Of a stretch of DNA of 64,000 nucleotides, positions 1 to 9,406 are shown piece by piece (positions within the stretch are counted from its first letter, which is position 1; the number at the start of each line of letters is the position of its first letter). The position numbers and the translations under genes were made by a program. The notes under the pieces are model-generated. The model ran no database searches and was not told where the DNA came from. It saw nothing but the letters and a program-made list of their open reading frames with translations. Source of the stretch: an uncultured virus (IMG/VR IMGVR_UViG_3300025890_001884). Its lineage: Duplodnaviria > Heunggongvirae > Uroviricota > Caudoviricetes. The stretch lies in IMG/VR virus record IMGVR_UViG_3300025890_001884; one strand, 5' to 3'.

Positions 1-1
1 T

Positions 2-241
2 CTGAAGACAAGACAAGCTGGAGTAGTTACTCGACTCTTGGACGTTGAATGGAATGTCGGGAAGTCAGGTGCTGTTTCACCAGTCGCAATCTTAGAGCCC
101 TGTGTGATTGGAGAAGCAACTATTTCTAGAGCAACTCTGCATAATATAGCTTATATAGATGCACTGGGGTTAGAAATAGGTTGTGATGTAGAAGTAATTA
201 GAAGTGGAGAAATAATCCCGAGAATAGTAAAAAGAGTATGA
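2..241 (+). CDS. ligA: NAD-dependent DNA ligase subunit A, C-terminal part (OB-fold); 5'-truncated by the window edge
   Basis: Frame is open from position 2. VEWNVGKSGAVSPVAILEP...ATLHN...VIRSGEIIP is the LigA OB-fold signature. It stops before the Zn-finger/HhH/BRCT domains, as in the split T5 ligase. Confidence 0.9.
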   Translation: MKTRQAGVVTRLLDVEWNVGKSGAVSPVAILEPCVIGEATISRATLHNIAYIDALGLEIGCDVEVIRSGEIIPRIVKRV

Positions 242-714
242 TTTGTGAAATTAAACATTATCAGCAGTTAACTGTTGATGAACTCTATCGTGTAATACAA
301 CTAAGAATACAAGGATTCATTGTAGAAAACAAAGTATGCTATCAAGACTTAGAAGATAAATACGACAAGCATCAATATTATATGATGTGGTATGAGAATG
401 GTGAAATGATTGGAGTCAATGCTTTATGCTATAAAAAGAAATTTAAAGGAGATGATGGAACTATATATGAATATCCTGCGTTCCGTAGACAGGCGTGGAT
501 GTCTGAATACAAAGGCGGATGTACTACTAGAGATTTGACTGAAGGCAAGAAGTTCTGTATGAAAAACTATGGAAGTCCTAGAATGATGTTAGAAATAACT
601 TATGAAGGAGGCAAACAACCTTTCTTAGACTTTGGTTTCAAAGAAGTAGGCACAAACACAGATTCAGCAGGAAGAAAGAATTGGATATTTGTATATGAGC
701 CCGATACTTATTAA
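238..714 (+). CDS. ElaA-like GNAT-family protein (copy 1)
   Basis: N-terminus LTVDELYRVIQLRIQGFIVENKVCYQDLE resembles the ElaA start. ATGA overlap with ligA. Confidence 0.65.
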   Translation: MICEIKHYQQLTVDELYRVIQLRIQGFIVENKVCYQDLEDKYDKHQYYMMWYENGEMIGVNALCYKKKFKGDDGTIYEYPAFRRQAWMSEYKGGCTTRDLTEGKKFCMKNYGSPRMMLEITYEGGKQPFLDFGFKEVGTNTDSAGRKNWIFVYEPDTY

Positions 715-1465
715 CATAGATGTTACAGGTCTTTGTAATGAGACTTGTAATTATTGTCCTCGTAGTAGTGGATATCCTAATGCTAAGCATTATATGTCTA
801 TTGAACTATTCAAAGAGTTCGTATCAACACTACACAGTTTTAAAGGGACAATATGTTTCACAGGCAGAGGAGAGAACTCTCTGCATCCCGACTTTGGCAC
901 TCTTGCCATGATATTACATCACGATAACAGAACATATAGAACAAGAATCTTGACTAATGGTTATAGATTAAAAGAAAAAATGCAATACTTTGATCTGTTT
1001 GATACATTAATAATTAACAGTTATAAATCTAAAGAACAGATGGAAGAACGCAAAAAGCTGATGCCTAGAGCAACACATAGATATTGGGACCAAAGTATGA
1101 AACCAGAAGAATGGGGAGAAACTCCAATCCAAGTATCTAACAGAAGTGATATTTACAATCGTATTGCTTCAGATAGGTCAGCTATAAATGAAGTATGTAT
1201 TCTACCTAAAACCAAAGGTTGGATTCATTGGGACGGCAGCATACAAATGTGCTGTAATGATTGGACAGATACTAATGTATTTGGAAATATTAAAACAGAT
1301 AACTTCTTTGATGTATGGAAACACAATCCTGAACTACAGAAGTTAAAACAAGAATTATGGGAAGGTAATCGTGCAGCAAATCCAATTTGTGCAACATGTA
1401 ATAGATTACCTACCAACAGAGATAGGAATAAGATAAAATGGCTGAAGAGATTAGAGATGACATAG
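695..1465 (+). CDS. Radical SAM protein with SPASM/twitch domain (copy 1)
   Basis: CNETCNYC is a CxxxCxxC motif, followed by TNG. C-terminal C...WDGSIQMCC...CATC is SPASM-like. Confidence 0.85.
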   Translation: MSPILINIDVTGLCNETCNYCPRSSGYPNAKHYMSIELFKEFVSTLHSFKGTICFTGRGENSLHPDFGTLAMILHHDNRTYRTRILTNGYRLKEKMQYFDLFDTLIINSYKSKEQMEERKKLMPRATHRYWDQSMKPEEWGETPIQVSNRSDIYNRIASDRSAINEVCILPKTKGWIHWDGSIQMCCNDWTDTNVFGNIKTDNFFDVWKHNPELQKLKQELWEGNRAANPICATCNRLPTNRDRNKIKWLKRLEMT

Positions 1466-2130
1466 ACGCAATAGTAAACCTTAGTGGTGGACTAGAGTGT
1501 GCTGCAGCTCTATGGTATGCAGTTGCCAAAGGATATAATCCAGTTGCGTTACATTTATACAACAAAGAAGGTTGGGGAAATGTAGCGGATGCACAGTTAG
1601 CAGCTGCCCAAGAACAAGCCGACCACATGGGTGTTAGACTTCTAGTAGACGAGGCTAATATGCCTCAACAAAATAGAAGAAACAACTACCCAGTTTTACA
1701 ACATCTATCTGCTATCTCTACACTAATGGTTGGCAATCCCTTTGTCAGATTCAAAGCTATTATATGGGGGGCAAACTCTGATGATTCATTTAGACAGAGA
1801 TTACAATTAAAGTTTCCATTTAGAGCAATAGCTTGTGGGTGGAGTCAGACGCTAGACCCACACGGGATTAAACCACACCACATAATTAAACTACCTACTA
1901 ATGTATTTCCTTTTGAATGGATGCAGAAGTCCGAACTTGTGGCAATGTTGCTAAAAGCCGAGCCAAAGTTATTGGAAATGGTGTGGAGTTGTACTGGTGA
2001 ATTAGATTTAATGAGTAATGGTAAGTACTTACCTTGTGGTAAATGTGACAAGTGTATTGAACTTACATATTCAAAGAAAGTTGCATGGAAGTCTGTACAC
2101 AAAATACAAGAAGGAAGTTTTAAAGAATGA
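1438..2130 (+). CDS. QueC-like PP-loop ATP pyrophosphatase (copy 1)
   Basis: NLSGGLEC PP-loop variant and C-terminal WSC...PCGKCDKC Zn site typical of QueC. Confidence 0.7.
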   Translation: MAEEIRDDIDAIVNLSGGLECAAALWYAVAKGYNPVALHLYNKEGWGNVADAQLAAAQEQADHMGVRLLVDEANMPQQNRRNNYPVLQHLSAISTLMVGNPFVRFKAIIWGANSDDSFRQRLQLKFPFRAIACGWSQTLDPHGIKPHHIIKLPTNVFPFEWMQKSELVAMLLKAEPKLLEMVWSCTGELDLMSNGKYLPCGKCDKCIELTYSKKVAWKSVHKIQEGSFKE

Positions 2131-2240
2131 AGTACATAAGTGATATCATAAGTAGATTCTTTGAGTGGTCTTTCAAAAGAAATGCACGAAAACAATTTGA
2201 TAAATCTATGCTGAAATATAGAGATAGTGATAACACATGA
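2127..2240 (+). CDS. 37-aa small ORF (MKYISDIISRFFEWSFKRNARKQFDKSMLKYRDSDNT)
   Basis: Below the ORF-track cutoff. Fills the gap exactly, with ATGA stop/start overlaps at both ends (2127-2130 and 2237-2240). Confidence 0.6.
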   Translation: MKYISDIISRFFEWSFKRNARKQFDKSMLKYRDSDNT

Positions 2241-2617
2241 GTGGAGGAGTTTATAACAAAACTTACTTCGACAATCATCCGTGGGAAAAGGATAAAGAAG
2301 GAGTGCTCTATGGAGTTATCCTTGTAAACAAGGCAACATGGGAACGAGAAACAATAAAAGTAGGCATCGCAAAAGGGCGAACATTCAAAGACGTCGTCAA
2401 ACGAGGACGTGGCTTCACAAACTACGACATCAGAATACAGAGAATTTGGAGCGGGACGATATACGACTGCTGGAGATGGGAACAGAAACTACACAAGAAA
2501 TATGAAATGGACAGACATAAGACACAGCATCACTTCGGTGGACACACTGAGTGCTTTGTCATGGACTCAAAAATACTGGAGGACTTCCCCAAGAAGCATG
2601 AAATATTTAGGGATTAG
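2237..2617 (+). CDS. GIY-YIG/T5orf172-like domain protein
   Basis: LYGVIL...IKVGIAK...WEQKLH...GGHTECF pattern. Confidence 0.5.
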   Translation: MSGGVYNKTYFDNHPWEKDKEGVLYGVILVNKATWERETIKVGIAKGRTFKDVVKRGRGFTNYDIRIQRIWSGTIYDCWRWEQKLHKKYEMDRHKTQHHFGGHTECFVMDSKILEDFPKKHEIFRD

Positions 2618-3926
2618 TGAAGGTTTTCACGATGCAGCTGTAGCTGTAGTAAACAATAATCAGATACTCTTTGCTACACACGCCGAGAGATATACAGGAG
2701 TAAAAAACGAAAGGTATGTTCCCGACTTTTTAAAAGCAAGACACGACCTTAGTATATTCTATGAAGATACAGACTTGAAGAATATGCGTAGATTAAAGAA
2801 TGGTCAAAGAGCCACTATCAATGGAGAAGAATACGATACATTTGTAGGACATCATGAAAGTCATATGGCAGCAGGATACTATACTGCTCCTTTCAAAGAT
2901 GATGTAGTATGCGTTGTAATAGATGCAATCGGTGAGTACGATACAGCAAGTATATGGAAAGATGGAGAGAAAGTATGGAGTCGAACATATCCAGACTCAC
3001 TAGGATTATTTTATAGTGCTGTCACGAAACGCATCGGATTAAAACCAAACGAAGATGAATACATAACAATGGGTATGGCAGCGTATGGAACGCCTTGTGT
3101 AGATATGGGAAACATAATGCACACAAATCTGCACAAAGGAATACCATTAAAGAAATGGTTTTGGAATACACCTGAAGATATAGCCGCTTCAGCACAGTTA
3201 TTTATAGAAAGCGAGATATTAGATATCATGCGTAAGGCTAGAGAGTACGGAAGTAAATTAGTTTATGGAGGTGGAGTAGCATTAAACTGCGTGGCAAATT
3301 CAAAAGTAAGACCACTCTTTGATGATATGTGGATATTTCCAAGCCCAGGAGATGCTGGGAGTTCGCTAGGAGCAATTCTAGCACATACAAAACAAAGAAT
3401 CAAATATGATGACTGCTTTCTTGGATTCGATATAGAAAGAGAATTAAATCCAATAAAAGTAGTTGAAGAATTAATAAATAATAAAGTAGCAGGAGTAGCA
3501 AATGGAAAAGCAGAATTTGGACCTCGTGCACTTGGTAATAGGAGTTTGCTTGGTGATGTGCGTTACGACATTAAAGATACCGTTAATGCCATTAAACGCA
3601 GACAAAAGTTTCGTCCTTTCGCACCAGCGATTTTGGAGGAGTTCGTAGATGAATATTTTGAAGGATATACTAATGAGTATATGCAATTCGTGGCGACAGC
3701 AAAACATGACTACGCTTCAGTCACACATTGTGATGGAACAGCGAGAGTACAAGTTGTTAAAGCAAATAGTAAGTCAGCACTGCGACCCATACTAGAACAA
3801 TACTACGAAGTTACTAAAGTGCCGATGTTGTTAAACACAAGTTTAAATATTAAAGGACAACCAATGGTAAATAATTGGGAACAAGCATTAGAGTTTGAAA
3901 ATAAGTATGGAGTAAAAGTATTTTGA
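2598..3926 (+). CDS. Carbamoyltransferase (NodU/CmcH/TobZ family)
   Basis: Likely start MKYLGISEGFHDAAVA. Motifs HHESH, DAIGE, GGVALNC, EFGPRALGNRS, RPFAP, LLNTSLN. Confidence 0.92.
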   Translation: MKYLGISEGFHDAAVAVVNNNQILFATHAERYTGVKNERYVPDFLKARHDLSIFYEDTDLKNMRRLKNGQRATINGEEYDTFVGHHESHMAAGYYTAPFKDDVVCVVIDAIGEYDTASIWKDGEKVWSRTYPDSLGLFYSAVTKRIGLKPNEDEYITMGMAAYGTPCVDMGNIMHTNLHKGIPLKKWFWNTPEDIAASAQLFIESEILDIMRKAREYGSKLVYGGGVALNCVANSKVRPLFDDMWIFPSPGDAGSSLGAILAHTKQRIKYDDCFLGFDIERELNPIKVVEELINNKVAGVANGKAEFGPRALGNRSLLGDVRYDIKDTVNAIKRRQKFRPFAPAILEEFVDEYFEGYTNEYMQFVATAKHDYASVTHCDGTARVQVVKANSKSALRPILEQYYEVTKVPMLLNTSLNIKGQPMVNNWEQALEFENKYGVKVF

Positions 3927-4735
3927 TTTATTGGAATGGATGTAGCTTTGTACAGGGAATGGAAATAAAGAGAAGACAAGACCAGTTCGCTTCACTAGTA
4001 TCTGCACACTTTGGACAGCCTTGGTTAAGACATTCTAAAGTAGGTGGAAGTAATGATAGAATATCAAGAGTAGTTATAGATGATATCTGCTCAGAAAATG
4101 GCTTAGCAGGAGAGGTGAATCTAGACAGTGAACTTTATATTCAAAAAGAAAATGTTAAGATAAAGTTAGCTATCATACTATGGTCTGGAATAAATAGATT
4201 TGAGTATGTAAATCCAACTACTAATACTTGGAGACAAGCTGCATGGATGCACCACAGAATGGAGCCGAAGCATCCATTTAAACTTAGTCATAATTCACGA
4301 ATGTTCTTTCACCAAGACATGGATAGAAAAATGCATGCAGGAGTAGAGAACTATGGCAGGAATGTTAGGTACCCAGTATATAACTTAAGATGGAGTATGC
4401 AATATATGTTATCAGTAAAGTACATACTTAAAGCACATGGAATACCATATTTATTTTATAACTTAAGCGATGGACAAATAAAACCAGCGTTAAAATACAT
4501 AGATAAACCACACTGGGAAGGTGCTAATGTAACATGGCAACAAAATACTATGAAGCTAGACGATTGGTATAGAGAATTACCGCACATGAAAGAAGAAGCT
4601 TTCTATGATATGTGCAAAAGACACAAGGTGCCATTTGGACCAAAAGACCATCCACTAGAGGAAGGAAATAGGTTAATGGCAGATAGAATTATAAAGGATA
4701 TATATGATAAAAAATTGGATAAAGTCTTTAGTTAA
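3923..4735 (+). CDS. SGNH/GDSL-like hydrolase or acyltransferase
   Basis: N-terminal NGCSFVQG, GGSNDRI, and C-terminal DHPLEEGN resemble SGNH blocks. Confidence 0.55.
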   Translation: MIYWNGCSFVQGMEIKRRQDQFASLVSAHFGQPWLRHSKVGGSNDRISRVVIDDICSENGLAGEVNLDSELYIQKENVKIKLAIILWSGINRFEYVNPTTNTWRQAAWMHHRMEPKHPFKLSHNSRMFFHQDMDRKMHAGVENYGRNVRYPVYNLRWSMQYMLSVKYILKAHGIPYLFYNLSDGQIKPALKYIDKPHWEGANVTWQQNTMKLDDWYRELPHMKEEAFYDMCKRHKVPFGPKDHPLEEGNRLMADRIIKDIYDKKLDKVFS

Positions 4736-4811
4736 AAAAATTAAAGCATTATGGTTTCATTACCGAAATAAGGGAAAGTATATTGAAGATACTCACATCT
4801 ATGAGGAGTAA
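4704..4811 (+). CDS. 35-aa small ORF (MIKNWIKSLVKKIKALWFHYRNKGKYIEDTHIYEE)
   Basis: Amphipathic, basic short ORF filling the gap before the promoter. Preceded by AAGGA. Confidence 0.45.
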   Translation: MIKNWIKSLVKKIKALWFHYRNKGKYIEDTHIYEE

Positions 4812-4844
4812 TCGATACTTTGAAGTGAAGTTTGGGTGTACCAA

Positions 4845-4887
4845 ACAAAAAATAGTTCTTGACAGATGCCCAAACTTTTTGTATAAT
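4845..4887 (+). promoter_or_regulatory. Consensus sigma70-type promoter upstream of ligB
   Basis: TTGACA (4859-4864), 17-nt spacer, TATAAT (4882-4887), with upstream AAAAATAGTTC. Confidence 0.9.
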
Positions 4888-4916
4888 ATATTATATATTT
4901 AGAAAGGAAACCGTAA

Positions 4917-5672
4917 GTGAAACAAATTATACCACCGACTAACTGCCCTTCGTGTGACAGTGTCTTAGAGTTCGTTAATGACCAGTTATTCTGTAAAAAC
5001 GACCTTTGCGCATCACAGTGGGACAAGAAAGTGGTTAACTTCGCTTCCACACTAAAGATAAAAGGACTTGGACCTGCAGCTGTAAGTAAGCTGAACATCC
5101 AAGACTACGCTGAATTATATGAATTAACTGTAGAGGATTTACAGGCAAGACTAGGTTCAGTTAGATTAGGAGAGAAACTCTTTATAGAGATTCGTAATTC
5201 TGAATCGTTACCGTTGGTTAAATTACTACCAGCGTTTTCGATTCCGCTTATCGGGCGATCAGCTTCTCAAAAATTATGCAATAGTATATCTCATATTGAA
5301 GATATAAGCGAGAAGACTTGTGCAGAAGCGGGCATCGGACCGAAAGCAACTGCTAATCTAATTAACTGGTTAGAAACTGAATACTACCTAGACGATTACA
5401 ACAACACACTGCCTTTCAAATGGACAAATAAAATATTAGAAAAAACAAAGGTTTCAGGAGTTGTGTGTATTAGTGGTAGACTTAAAAGTTATAAAACTAA
5501 AGCTCATGCAGAGCAAGTGCTTAGTCAATATGGATTTGTCGTAAAATCAAGTCTGACAAAAGATGTGACTCATCTGGTTAATGAGTCTGGAATCGAGTCA
5601 GCAAAAACACAGACAGCTCGTGACCGAGGTGTTAATATTATAACTAACCTAAAACATTTATTAGAGGATTAA
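4917..5672 (+). CDS. ligB: NAD-dependent DNA ligase subunit B (Zn finger, HhH, BRCT)
   Basis: PTNCPSC...C...C Zn finger, IKGLGP/GIGPK HhH motifs, and a C-terminal BRCT (VCISG...SLTKDVTHLV). GTG start. Confidence 0.9.
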   Translation: MKQIIPPTNCPSCDSVLEFVNDQLFCKNDLCASQWDKKVVNFASTLKIKGLGPAAVSKLNIQDYAELYELTVEDLQARLGSVRLGEKLFIEIRNSESLPLVKLLPAFSIPLIGRSASQKLCNSISHIEDISEKTCAEAGIGPKATANLINWLETEYYLDDYNNTLPFKWTNKILEKTKVSGVVCISGRLKSYKTKAHAEQVLSQYGFVVKSSLTKDVTHLVNESGIESAKTQTARDRGVNIITNLKHLLED

Positions 5673-5676
5673 TAAA

Positions 5677-6393
5677 ATGGCATTACCAAAATGGACAGAC
5701 GAAAGAACTTCAGAATTGACTTCTTTTGTCGGTGACGAAAGCCCTGTATCACAGGCAACTGTAGCTTCTGCTGCAGAACAACTAGAAACTTCAGTAAGAA
5801 GTGTATCTAGTAAATTAAGAAAGATGGGTTTTGATGTTGAACTAGCTTCAGCTTCAGCTACTAAATCTTTCTCAGATGAGCAAGAAGCTACTTTAAGTAA
5901 CTTCGTGACAGATAACTCTGGCTCATACACATACGCAGATATCGCTGCAAACTTTGAAGGCGGACACTTTAGTGCTAAGTCAATTCAAGGTAAAATTCTT
6001 TCTATGCAGTTAACAGAACATGTTAAACCTGCTCCTAAAGTTGAGACTGTTAAGTCTTACAACGAGGAAGAAGAAAGCCAATTCGTTTCAATGGTAAACG
6101 ACGGAGCTTTCATTGAAGATATAGCTGAAGGCTTAGGTAGAAGTGTAAACTCTATCAGAGGAAAAGCTTTATCACTTCTTAGAGCTGGGGAAATCAATGC
6201 GATTCCTAAGCAAAAAGAAACTAAAGGTTCAAGCAAAGCTGATCCTTTAGCAGACCTAGACATCGACGGTATGACTGTAGATGCTATTGCTGACACAATC
6301 GGCAAAACAGTAAGAGGCGTGAAAACAATGCTTACTAGAAGAGGTCTACAATGCAGCGACTACAATGGCGCAGCTAAAAAAGAAATAGGTTAA
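5677..6393 (+). CDS. D5: T5 D5-like DNA-binding protein
   Basis: Follows ligB as in T5. Repeated HTH-like units (SVRSVSSKL, SAKSIQGKI, SVNSIRGKA, TVRGVKTML). Confidence 0.8.
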   Translation: MALPKWTDERTSELTSFVGDESPVSQATVASAAEQLETSVRSVSSKLRKMGFDVELASASATKSFSDEQEATLSNFVTDNSGSYTYADIAANFEGGHFSAKSIQGKILSMQLTEHVKPAPKVETVKSYNEEEESQFVSMVNDGAFIEDIAEGLGRSVNSIRGKALSLLRAGEINAIPKQKETKGSSKADPLADLDIDGMTVDAIADTIGKTVRGVKTMLTRRGLQCSDYNGAAKKEIG

Positions 6394-6412
6394 TCTAACC
6401 TTTTCACCTTCG

Positions 6413-6445
6413 CGAGAGGCTCTACGGAGCCTTTCGTATCTTTTA
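6413..6445 (+). terminator. Probable intrinsic terminator after D5
   Basis: Stem-loop CGAGAGGCTC-TACG-GAGCCTTTCG followed by TATCTTTT. Confidence 0.7.
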
Positions 6446-6473
6446 ACCACTAAATTGTCTTGGGAGATTCAAT

Positions 6474-7841
6474 TTGACACTAGAAAGTGCATTACTGAAG
6501 CAAATCTTGTCGCTTGGCGATTTTGATACTTGGAACGGCTTAAAACAACATTACCTACCTGAAGGAGAGTACCGAAAGTTATGGAATATTGTAGATAAGC
6601 ATGTAGCTAAATATAAAAATCTACCAACATTTGAAGAACTAAAACTAGAAGTTCGTTCTGCTGAATTACAAGAGAAAATATACGCTATCGAAACTGTGGA
6701 AACAGATGTCGAGGCAGACTTATTGCTAGACTATCTCAAGAACCAATTTACCCAATCAGAAATCTTAGGCTCAATCGAGTCATACATAGATAACCAAATC
6801 GCAATATCAGACGCAAGAGAAAACATTGATTTACTTCAAGAAATAGTCGTGTCTGTAGAAGATAAAGTAGATACTCAAGATGCAAATGAGAGTATGGAAA
6901 CTATTGAGTTGTTTGATGATGATGAAACATACAAGAAACGAATAAGTCTAGGACTGAATCAAGACTTTGATTTAGAATATTCATTCAAGTCAGACGAACT
7001 TATCATGCTCGGTGCTACATCAGGTGGTGGTAAGTCTTTAGTATGCTGTAATATTGCAAGTACAGTAAGAAAACAAGGTCGTAGTGCTTTGTATTTCACA
7101 ATAGAAATGAACAGTAAAGATATTCTGCAAAGAATAGTAGCGATTGAAACCGAAGTAAACGCTAACCGATTAATCCACCAAAACTTAGAGCCACATGAGT
7201 GGAATAAAGTAGGAGAATGGTGGGCAGGAAGATTCGTAGATGGAGAAGAAGTATTAGCAAAGTATGATAACTTAGAGAAAGCTAACTTCAAAGAGTTCCA
7301 TAAAGAGTTAGTTAGAAATAAAATTGACTACTCTAAACCACAGATAGAAATTTATTATGACCCAGCCCTTACCACAGCAAAAATTGCTAGTGTTGTAAGA
7401 CAGAACCTACAGAAATTACATAATCCAGGTGTAATTATTATCGATTATCTCAACCAAGTAAAAAGAAGTAATAATCAAAAGGCAGGTCAATATGACTGGA
7501 CAGAACAGATAGAGATATCTAAATATTTTAAAACGTTGGCACAGGAGTATGATACTACTACTGTTACAGCAATCCAAACTAAAGCAGACGGTTCTGCTAA
7601 ATTCTCAACCAATGTCGACAATGCTGTAGATGCTTTCTATAGTATAGACCATTTTGACCAATCAGATTGTATGAAGTTTTCTTGTAAGAAAAGAAGAAAT
7701 GCAAAAGTTGCAGGCTTTACTTCTGTAATGGATTGGAACACACTAAAGGTTGGACCTCACACTGCGTTAGACCCAGACGAGAAAGCTGAGATGAAAGAAA
7801 CTATGGGAACAGGAGAAAAGGTAGAGGACGTACCTTGGTAA
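6474..7841 (+). CDS. DnaB-like replicative helicase (T5 D6-like)
   Basis: Walker A GATSGGGKS, YFTIEM, Walker B IIIDYL. TTG start. Confidence 0.88.
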   Translation: MTLESALLKQILSLGDFDTWNGLKQHYLPEGEYRKLWNIVDKHVAKYKNLPTFEELKLEVRSAELQEKIYAIETVETDVEADLLLDYLKNQFTQSEILGSIESYIDNQIAISDARENIDLLQEIVVSVEDKVDTQDANESMETIELFDDDETYKKRISLGLNQDFDLEYSFKSDELIMLGATSGGGKSLVCCNIASTVRKQGRSALYFTIEMNSKDILQRIVAIETEVNANRLIHQNLEPHEWNKVGEWWAGRFVDGEEVLAKYDNLEKANFKEFHKELVRNKIDYSKPQIEIYYDPALTTAKIASVVRQNLQKLHNPGVIIIDYLNQVKRSNNQKAGQYDWTEQIEISKYFKTLAQEYDTTTVTAIQTKADGSAKFSTNVDNAVDAFYSIDHFDQSDCMKFSCKKRRNAKVAGFTSVMDWNTLKVGPHTALDPDEKAEMKETMGTGEKVEDVPW

Positions 7842-7845
7842 CAAA

Positions 7846-8007
7846 ATGATACTATACACAGAAGACCAATTACTAATAGCTTACACTAGACATATAAGAC
7901 AAGTAAGTAAACTAAAACATGTACCAATTCCTTCACTAGAAGAATTTAGATTAATCTATGAAGATGAATGGACACAAAGATACAAGGAGATGAACGATGG
8001 CGGATGA
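7846..8007 (+). CDS. 53-aa hypothetical protein (MILYTEDQLLIAY...)
   Basis: Read from the sequence. Fills the gap between the helicase and the next ORF. Confidence 0.55.
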   Translation: MILYTEDQLLIAYTRHIRQVSKLKHVPIPSLEEFRLIYEDEWTQRYKEMNDGG

Positions 8008-8494
8008 TAGAGTAAGTAGAGAAACTGCTGAACTAATACCGTTACCACCACATACATGGTATGTAAGAACAATAGGTTGGATGTTAGAGCAAGAGAAAGT
8101 AAAAGAGAACATAGCAAATGTTCCGCCTAACCAACCTTTAATAGACAGCTTGAGGCAGCATGGGGTCAAATCTCCCATCCTGTGCATGCCCAACTGGTAC
8201 CCCATTGCCGGCTCTCAACGAATGAGAGCCGCATTGGACCTTCCAGAGATACACAACCAAGAAATAAGAGTCTGCCGCTTCGACCAGGAGTGGTGGCTTT
8301 TATATTACCTATGGGGAGACACAGATTTTAGAGACAAGTCAATAGCAGTCTGGTTCCAGATGGCAGAACTAGTTTGGAAGTCTAGATACTACGAGCATGA
8401 GGTTGACCCAAGTGGTATGGATATGAGAGAGTTCGAACGCATTGGAGATAAACTAAAATGGAAACATAACAAAGATGACGCTAAGTGGAAATAA
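7997..8494 (+). CDS. ParB/Srx-like domain protein
   Basis: IDSLRQHGVKSPILC...IAGSQRMRAA resembles the ParB-N core. AGGAG RBS. Confidence 0.5.
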   Translation: MADDRVSRETAELIPLPPHTWYVRTIGWMLEQEKVKENIANVPPNQPLIDSLRQHGVKSPILCMPNWYPIAGSQRMRAALDLPEIHNQEIRVCRFDQEWWLLYYLWGDTDFRDKSIAVWFQMAELVWKSRYYEHEVDPSGMDMREFERIGDKLKWKHNKDDAKWK

Positions 8495-8506
8495 TAAGTC
8501 ACATAA

Positions 8507-8547
8507 CAAAAATAATCCTTGACACGGGGTTAAAAATTTGATATAAT
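8507..8547 (+). promoter_or_regulatory. sigma70-type promoter upstream of primase
   Basis: TTGACA (8519-8524), 17-nt spacer, TATAAT (8542-8547) with extended -10 TG. Confidence 0.9.
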
Positions 8548-8557
8548 ATATATAATT

Positions 8558-9406
8558 ATGACAGCAGAAGAACTTTTACAGGAAAAAGGAATACATTATC
8601 AACTTAGTGGTAAAGACGCTAAAGTTAAATGCCTTAACCCAGAACATGACGACACTAATCCAAGTATGAGAGTGGATAGAGTTACTGGCGTATTCAACTG
8701 TTTTTCCTGTGGTTTTAAAGGAAATTTGTTTACATACTTTGGAGCACCTTCTAGCCCTTTAGAAGTAAGGCTCCATCGTATTCGTGAAGGAATTACGAAA
8801 GTCAAGTCTCAAACAGTAGGTATTCAATTACCTAAGGAAAGAATAAGATGGGCAGGTGGACCGCTAAGAAATATCTCAGAGGAAACTCTACAGATATGGG
8901 ACGCGTTTACTTGGAACACTCCTAAGTTTGAAGGCAGAATTGTCTTTCCAATCCGTAACATCACAGGAAAAACTGTTGCCTTAATCGGAAGATTAATCAG
9001 TGAAGCAGGTATGGGACAATCGAAGTACTATATCTATCCTGGCGGGGCAGAAATGCCCTTTTGTCCTGCCAAGGTAAAACCAATTCAGAACAGAGTTATT
9101 CTAGTGGAAGGCATATTCGATGCTCTCAACTTATGGGATAAAGGTCTAAAGAATACTGTTTGCTGTTTTGGAACGCAACAAGTGAATTGGGTAAAGCTAT
9201 CTCTATTAAAAATGCAGGGAGTACAAGGAGTTGACATCATGTTTGATGGAGACGAAGCAGGAAGTAGAGCTGCAGAAGCTGCCAAAGGTTTAGCTGAGAA
9301 GCTAGATATGTCAGCAAGGATAGTAACTTTACCACTAAATACAGATCCTGGTAACTTAAATCGTGACCAGATAGAAAGACTTAAGAAGAAATTATATGGC
9401 GAATAA
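8558..9406 (+). CDS. DNA primase (CHC2 Zn finger + Toprim)
   Basis: CLNPEHDDTNPS...CFSC, then ILVEGIFD and MFDGDEAG. Confidence 0.93.
   Translation: MTAEELLQEKGIHYQLSGKDAKVKCLNPEHDDTNPSMRVDRVTGVFNCFSCGFKGNLFTYFGAPSSPLEVRLHRIREGITKVKSQTVGIQLPKERIRWAGGPLRNISEETLQIWDAFTWNTPKFEGRIVFPIRNITGKTVALIGRLISEAGMGQSKYYIYPGGAEMPFCPAKVKPIQNRVILVEGIFDALNLWDKGLKNTVCCFGTQQVNWVKLSLLKMQGVQGVDIMFDGDEAGSRAAEAAKGLAEKLDMSARIVTLPLNTDPGNLNRDQIERLKKKLYGE

Noticed and set aside
1438..2130. Calling a 7-deazaguanine DNA modification system
   Set aside because: No dpdA, folE, queD or queE recognisable in the window, and the PP-loops are non-canonical. Cannot be excluded for the rest of the genome.
2409..2597. N-terminal 63 aa of the 505-aa ORF call
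   Set aside because: Overlaps 2237..2617. The carbamoyltransferase family start (MKYLGIS) is at 2598.
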